A stretch of 61,606 nt of DNA, counting the filler. It is 6 parts of 6 records of this genome, joined end to end, with 100 filler letters (N's around TTAATTAATTAA, not from the genome) between each part and the next. Parts side by side here need not be neighbours in the genome. Positions count along the whole stretch, not along the records: positions 55,326 to 61,606 come from DRR723986_13270; 5 more parts are not named here. One strand, written 5' to 3'. Positions 56,985 through 61,606 of the stretch are shown here, one piece after another. Each line of letters begins with the position of its first letter. The stretch's first letter is position 1. The notes under the pieces are model-generated. The model saw only the letters and a list, made by a program, of their open reading frames with translations. It searched no databases and was not told the origin of the DNA. Made by a program: the position numbers and the translations under genes.

Positions 56985-58010
56985 ATGTTGAACGCTCTAT
57001 CCCCGACTAGCGTGGTTGCGTCTCGCGCTTTTTTCCCGCCGCTTCTGGCTGCGGGATTTTTATTGTTGCTGGTGGTACTGGCCAGCCTGCTCTATGGCGC
57101 CGGTCCGGTGTCTGCCAGCGATGCGATGGCGGCGCTGATGGCCAATGGCACGGAGGAAGCCTGGTTCGTGGTCACCGAGCTTCGGCTGCCCCGCACCATC
57201 ATTGCCCTGATCACCGGCCTCGCACTGGGCCTGGCCGGTGCCCTGCTCCAGTCCATGACCCGCAACCCACTGGCCGAGCCGGGCTTGCTGGGCGTCAGTG
57301 CTGGCAGTGGCTTTGCAGTAGCCCTGGCCATCCTCTTGGGCGCCACCACAGCTACTCTCACCACCCTGGCCGCCCAGCTTGGAGCGCTCGCTGGCTGTGC
57401 CCTGGTGATTGCCGCTACCAGGGTGCAGGGCCTGGGCAATGATCCTGTGCGTCTGGTATTGGCCGGGGCCACCATGACCGGTCTGCTGCTGGCACTGACC
57501 TCCATGTTGATGCTGATGGACCAGCGGGCCGCCGATGAGATTCGCTTCTGGATTACCGGCAGCGTGGCCGGCAAACCCTTGTCCATGCTTTGGGCAACGC
57601 TTCCTTCCATCACTCTCGCCCTGGTTCTGATTGCTATCGTGGCACGACCACTGGCAGCCATGGCCCTGGGCGAAAAAGCGGCCGTTGGACTGGGACATCA
57701 CCCGGGGCGAATCCGCTTCCTGATCACTTTCACGGTTGCTCTGCTGGTGGGCTCGGCAACGGCCCTGGCCGGGCCGCTGATCTTTGTCGGACTGGTGGTG
57801 CCGTTTATTGCCCGGGCCTTTTCCGGCCCCGATATCCGCAAGACCCTCTTGCTGTGTGTGCCTGTTGGCCCTGCCGTGGTACTGGGTGCCGACGTGCTTT
57901 CCCGGTTGATTGCCGCGCCCGCCGAAATGCCTCTGGGGGTGGTTACCGCGCTGATTGGCGCTCCGGTGCTGCTGGCCATTGTCCGGGCCGGCCGGATGCC
58001 TTCGCTATGA
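56985..58010 (+). CDS. Iron-siderophore ABC permease (FecCD family)
   Basis: LRLPRT, TRNPLAEPGLLGVSAG, FVGLVVP. Confidence 0.93.
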   Translation: MLNALSPTSVVASRAFFPPLLAAGFLLLLVVLASLLYGAGPVSASDAMAALMANGTEEAWFVVTELRLPRTIIALITGLALGLAGALLQSMTRNPLAEPGLLGVSAGSGFAVALAILLGATTATLTTLAAQLGALAGCALVIAATRVQGLGNDPVRLVLAGATMTGLLLALTSMLMLMDQRAADEIRFWITGSVAGKPLSMLWATLPSITLALVLIAIVARPLAAMALGEKAAVGLGHHPGRIRFLITFTVALLVGSATALAGPLIFVGLVVPFIARAFSGPDIRKTLLLCVPVGPAVVLGADVLSRLIAAPAEMPLGVVTALIGAPVLLAIVRAGRMPSL

Positions 58011-59014
58011 CCGCAGGATTCGCCATGCCGGATAAACGCAACACGCTGGTTAATACCGCCCTGCTCGGGCTGTTAGTCCTGGCAACCATCATCTCGCTGG
58101 CCACCGGTACCGTGCAGGTTTCACTGTTCGATACCCTCAGGGCATTAGCCGGCCACGCAGACCCGATGACCGATTTCGTGATCAACGAGCTTCGTCTGAG
58201 CCGGGTAATCGCGGGACTACTGAGTGGCGCGGCGCTGGCCATGGCCGGCTGCCTGATGCAGACCCTGGCCCGTAACCGTCTGGCGACACCGGGCATTATC
58301 GGCATCGATAACGCGGCTACCGCCTTTGCCGTCGCGTCGGTGGTGGGTGTGGGACTATCGCTGGCGCCATCAGCCATGGCACTGGCCGGAGCGGCAGCCG
58401 CCACGGCGATCGCCTTCGGTCTGGCGGGCGCCAATGGTACCCGCGGCTATCGCTTTATCGTCGCCGGCATCGGTATTGGAGCCATCGCGGGCGCAGTCAC
58501 CCAGGTAATGCTCAGTCGGGTGGCGATTGATGCCGCCAATGCGGCCTATCCCTGGACGGTGGGCAGTCTGAATGCCCGTTCCGGCCAGAGTGTGCTGGTG
58601 CTCGGACTGGGCCTTGCGGCTGGCTACCTGATTCTGATGAGCCTCAGCCGGGCCCTCAACACCTTGCAGTTCACGGATGCGGTGGCCATTGCCCTGGGCA
58701 CACGACTGAAAGCCACCCGCATAATCGGCCTGGGTTTGGCGGTGATGCTCACGGGCCTGGCAGTATCGGTCTGCGGGCCGGTTGGCCTGATTGCCCTGCT
58801 GGCGCCGGAGCTTGCCCGGGCACTGGGCCGCCCGGGCAAGGTTCCGCTCACGGCTGCGGCCCTGGCGGGCGCCAGCTTCATGCTGGTTGCCGACCTGTTA
58901 GGCCGCACGCTGTTTGCGCCGCTGGAAATTCCGGTGGGCATCATTACCGCCATCGTCGGCAGCCCTTACCTGCTCTGGATACTGCTGAGACCTTCACCAC
59001 GGAGCCTGACATGA
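58007..59014 (+). CDS. Iron-siderophore ABC permease (FecCD family, FepG-like)
   Basis: LRLSR, QTLARNRLATPGIIG, EIPVGIITAIVGSPY; ATGA overlap at 58007. Confidence 0.92.
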   Translation: MTAGFAMPDKRNTLVNTALLGLLVLATIISLATGTVQVSLFDTLRALAGHADPMTDFVINELRLSRVIAGLLSGAALAMAGCLMQTLARNRLATPGIIGIDNAATAFAVASVVGVGLSLAPSAMALAGAAAATAIAFGLAGANGTRGYRFIVAGIGIGAIAGAVTQVMLSRVAIDAANAAYPWTVGSLNARSGQSVLVLGLGLAAGYLILMSLSRALNTLQFTDAVAIALGTRLKATRIIGLGLAVMLTGLAVSVCGPVGLIALLAPELARALGRPGKVPLTAAALAGASFMLVADLLGRTLFAPLEIPVGIITAIVGSPYLLWILLRPSPRSLT

Positions 59015-59808
59015 GCCAACCCCAAACCGCGACCCTTGCCGCCGACGACATCACCCTGGCGCACCGTCAGTTTGTTGTAGCGGAGAATCTGAGCCTTCAT
59101 CTGCCAACGGCCCAGGTCACCGCCATCGTGGGCCCCAACGGCTGCGGAAAATCCACCTTGCTGAATGGCCTGGCCCGGATTCATACGCCCAAGGGCGGCT
59201 CGGTGCTTCTGGACGGCAAGGATATCCATCGCCTGCCGTCCAAAGAGGTCGCCCGGAAACTGGCCCTGCTACCCCAGGACAATACCGCCCCGGAAGGCCT
59301 CACCGTTGCCGACCTAGTGCGCTTCGGCCGTCAGCCTCATCAGGGCTGGATGGCACAGTGGTCGAAAGAAGACCAACGGGCCTTCGATCAGGCGATACAG
59401 GCCGCCGATGTTGCCGGACTGGCTGACCGTGCACTGGACACCCTCTCTGGCGGGCAACGACAGCGGGCCTGGATTGCCATGGCGGTGGCCCAGCAAACGC
59501 CGCTGTTACTGCTGGACGAACCTACATCGGCCCTGGATCTGGGCCACCAGATTGAAGTGTTTGAGTTGATCCGGGCACTGAGCGGACAAGGCAAGACCAT
59601 CGCCATGGTGGTGCACGACCTGGCCAGTGCCTGTCGCTATGCGGACCATATGGTGGCCATGAAAAACGGAACCATTATTGAGGAGGGCGCTCCGGCGGAG
59701 ATTGTCTCACCGGGGCTGGTGCAGGAACTCTACGGCGTCAGCTGCGATCTGATTCACGACCCGGCCACCGGTAGCCCGTTACTGGTCAATGTGCGCCGCA
59801 ATCCCTGA
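59011..59808 (+). CDS. Iron-siderophore ABC ATP-binding protein
   Basis: GPNGCGKST, LSGGQRQR, LLLDEPTSALD, VHDL. Confidence 0.95.
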   Translation: MSQPQTATLAADDITLAHRQFVVAENLSLHLPTAQVTAIVGPNGCGKSTLLNGLARIHTPKGGSVLLDGKDIHRLPSKEVARKLALLPQDNTAPEGLTVADLVRFGRQPHQGWMAQWSKEDQRAFDQAIQAADVAGLADRALDTLSGGQRQRAWIAMAVAQQTPLLLLDEPTSALDLGHQIEVFELIRALSGQGKTIAMVVHDLASACRYADHMVAMKNGTIIEEGAPAEIVSPGLVQELYGVSCDLIHDPATGSPLLVNVRRNP

Positions 59809-59814
59809 GCTCGC

Positions 59815-61017
59815 TCAGGCCAGGGTTTCGGCCCTGGCCTTTTCCCGGGCAATCGCGGCTGGAGCTCCGGCCGCCAGCACCACCGCGCCAGCCGAGCAGA
59901 CCAGCATGCTCAGCACAATAGGCAGCAGTGCATCACCTCCTAAAGCCGATGACAGCGCACTGATCCCTCCAGCCAGGGTGAATTGAGAGGCGCCCAGCAT
60001 AGCGGCGGCGGTTCCGCCCAGATGCGGGAAGAACTCCAGCGCATTGGCCATGTTGTTAGGCACGATCCCGCCCTGACAGCCAATGGCGCCAATGATGAAC
60101 AACGCCACCGCCCAGAACGGCCCGTCCAGAATGACCACGGTAACCAACCCGACCAGCATCAGGAACTGCAGCATAACCTGTACCCGCAACAGGATGACTG
60201 ATGGGACGCGCCGCAACAGCGGCCGGTTGACCAGATTCAGCACCGCCATCAATCCGATATTGGCCGCGAACAGCATGGAGAAACTGGCGTTGGACAGGCC
60301 GAACCACTCCTGGTAGATAAACGACGAATGGGTAATGAACAGCAGCATGGTGCTGAAGCACATCACCTGAATCCCGATAAAGCGCATGGTTGTGCCGTGG
60401 CGAAGCACCAGCATGTAGTTGGTTACCAGAGTTTTCACCGGCGTCGAGGCCTGGGGCCTGGGTTTCAACCTGGGAAACAGGGCGATTTGCAGCACGACCG
60501 CCAGCAAGAGCGCGTAGCCGGCCAGAAATACGAAAATCCAGTGCCAATCGCCGAGCGCAAGCATCAACGCTCCCAGTGAAGGTGCCGCGGCCGGGGCAAT
60601 AAACATGATCAGACCAATCAGGCCGAACAGGCGCGCCGCTTCCTGCCCGCCCACCTGGTCGCGGACAATCGCAGGCACCGAGACCGCACAGAAGGCACCG
60701 CCGATGCCCTGTACAATTCGCCAGCCCACCAACTCCGCCAGGGTATCGGCTCCGGCAATCATCATCGCAGCAATGGCGAAAATGGTCAGCCCGACAAACA
60801 GTATCAGCTTGCGACCATAGCGATCCGACAAAGGCCCGCCCACCAGTTGGGCGAGACCAAGGGTGGCGACATAGGCACTCAGCGTCAGGCCCACATCCGC
60901 ATGGGGAATCCCAAAACCCTCAGCAATATCGGGGAACGCGGGCAAATACGCATCCAGAGCCAGAGGCCCCAGGGCGACGGTCATACCAAGTAATAACGCG
61001 AGCTGAAAATGAGACAA
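59815..61017 (-). CDS. Bcr/CflA family multidrug MFS transporter
   Basis: DAYLPAFP, GPLSDRYGRK, RIVQGIGG, IAPAAAPSLG; TTG start with GGAGG RBS. Confidence 0.92.
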   Translation of the reverse strand: MSHFQLALLLGMTVALGPLALDAYLPAFPDIAEGFGIPHADVGLTLSAYVATLGLAQLVGGPLSDRYGRKLILFVGLTIFAIAAMMIAGADTLAELVGWRIVQGIGGAFCAVSVPAIVRDQVGGQEAARLFGLIGLIMFIAPAAAPSLGALMLALGDWHWIFVFLAGYALLLAVVLQIALFPRLKPRPQASTPVKTLVTNYMLVLRHGTTMRFIGIQVMCFSTMLLFITHSSFIYQEWFGLSNASFSMLFAANIGLMAVLNLVNRPLLRRVPSVILLRVQVMLQFLMLVGLVTVVILDGPFWAVALFIIGAIGCQGGIVPNNMANALEFFPHLGGTAAAMLGASQFTLAGGISALSSALGGDALLPIVLSMLVCSAGAVVLAAGAPAAIAREKARAETLA

Positions 61018-61100
61018 GTGCTACCTCCGCTGACTAGATAGATAGCTAACAATATTCAAGAAAGGACCGCAATGCGCGGTTTCCGAAGCCAGCGCGGAAA

Positions 61101-61538
61101 TCAGTTCTGGTCGAGCATGCACTCCCGGCTATAAAGCTGGCTGAGTTTGCGTCGTTTCTGGCGCAGGCCATTGCCTCGATCATTACTGTAACCAGCTCGC
61201 AACTGGCCCTGAATCCGGTCCAACTGCTTCCGATATTTCTCGCACTGTTGCGCCTGCTTTTTTGCCTCTCTGGCCTGGGCATAGCGATCCTTGCTGCCGG
61301 GAGCCAGCAAGCGTTCCACTTCAGCCCGGCTTTGCCGCACCCGGTCGGCCTGGCGGATATTTTCGCCCATGGGGACGGTCACCAGTGGTTTCACCGAAAC
61401 ACTGGAATGTCGCACCTGCCTGGGTGGCGTATCGGAAAAGTATATGGACCCGTTAGCATCGGTCCAGCGGTAGATTTCAGCAGTGGCGGGCGCTGCCGCG
61501 GTAACGAGAAGCAGGCCCAGGGCCAGTTTCCTTGGCAT
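61101..61538 (-). CDS. DUF4124 domain protein
   Basis: Signal peptide followed by EIYRWTDANGSIYFSDTPP. Confidence 0.88.
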   Translation of the reverse strand: MPRKLALGLLLVTAAAPATAEIYRWTDANGSIYFSDTPPRQVRHSSVSVKPLVTVPMGENIRQADRVRQSRAEVERLLAPGSKDRYAQAREAKKQAQQCEKYRKQLDRIQGQLRAGYSNDRGNGLRQKRRKLSQLYSRECMLDQN

Positions 61539-61606
61539 GGGTTCACATCCTGTGAATAGTTTGAGCGAAAGCCCCGCCACCATCACAGCAGCGGGACGGG
61601 CGCTGG

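Noticed and set aside
57590-58006. N-terminal extension of the second FecCD permease in the ORF track
   Set aside because: Overlaps the upstream permease in another frame; the real start is the ATGA overlap at 58007
1-61606. CRISPR arrays, rRNA/tRNA genes, riboswitches, intact IS elements, prophage genes
   Set aside because: None recognised by eye; a covariance-model scan of the intergenic regions would be needed to exclude small RNAs

Overview
The window is not one genomic locus. It is six unrelated bacterial contigs joined by 100-nt N spacers that each contain a TTAATTAATTAA linker; taxonomic labels below are inferred from protein style and gene content. Contig 1 (1-16949) is from a marine gammaproteobacterium, Cellvibrionales/Spongiibacteraceae-like: frmA-fghA, trmB, rpoH, AarF kinase, SET protein, fbp, a TonB-dependent receptor beside an Rv3520c-like LLM oxidoreductase, divergent serA and D-2-hydroxyglutarate dehydrogenase, and an unusual MvaT/H-NS-like protein. 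Contig 2 (17050-24710) is alphaproteobacterial and carries a surface-glycan locus: methyltransferase, sulfotransferase with a coiled-coil tail, a frameshifted GT2-RgpF gene, a second GT2 and a second sulfotransferase. Contig 3 (24811-36453) is Roseibium/Labrenzia-like: DDAH, GNAT, asparaginase, aminotransferase, a repeat-containing SPFH protein, three orphan solute-binding proteins, SulP and an adenylate cyclase. Contig 4 (36554-47694) is Rhodobacteraceae-like: metG, an RND pump, nreAB, then an inserted-looking block with a TM-DUF4041-GIY-YIG (PD-lambda-1/SNIPE-like) candidate anti-phage nuclease and a decayed transposase-like gene, then a TRAP permease. Contig 5 (47795-55225) is Rhodobacteraceae-like: fixGHIS-hemN and a repetitive RTX/DUF4214 surface protein. 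Contig 6 (55326-61606) is Marinobacter-like: LysR, a Fur-boxed iron-siderophore ABC operon, a Bcr/CflA MFS and a DUF4124 protein. I found no rRNA, tRNA or CRISPR array. The best leads are the SNIPE-like nuclease with its decayed neighbour, a possible sulfate-capping glycan chain-length ruler, the AT-hook MvaT-like protein, the TBDR plus Rv3520c-like pair, and two promoters that predict leaderless mRNAs, one with an FNR box inside ccoS. All family calls come from reading motifs by eye, not from database searches.
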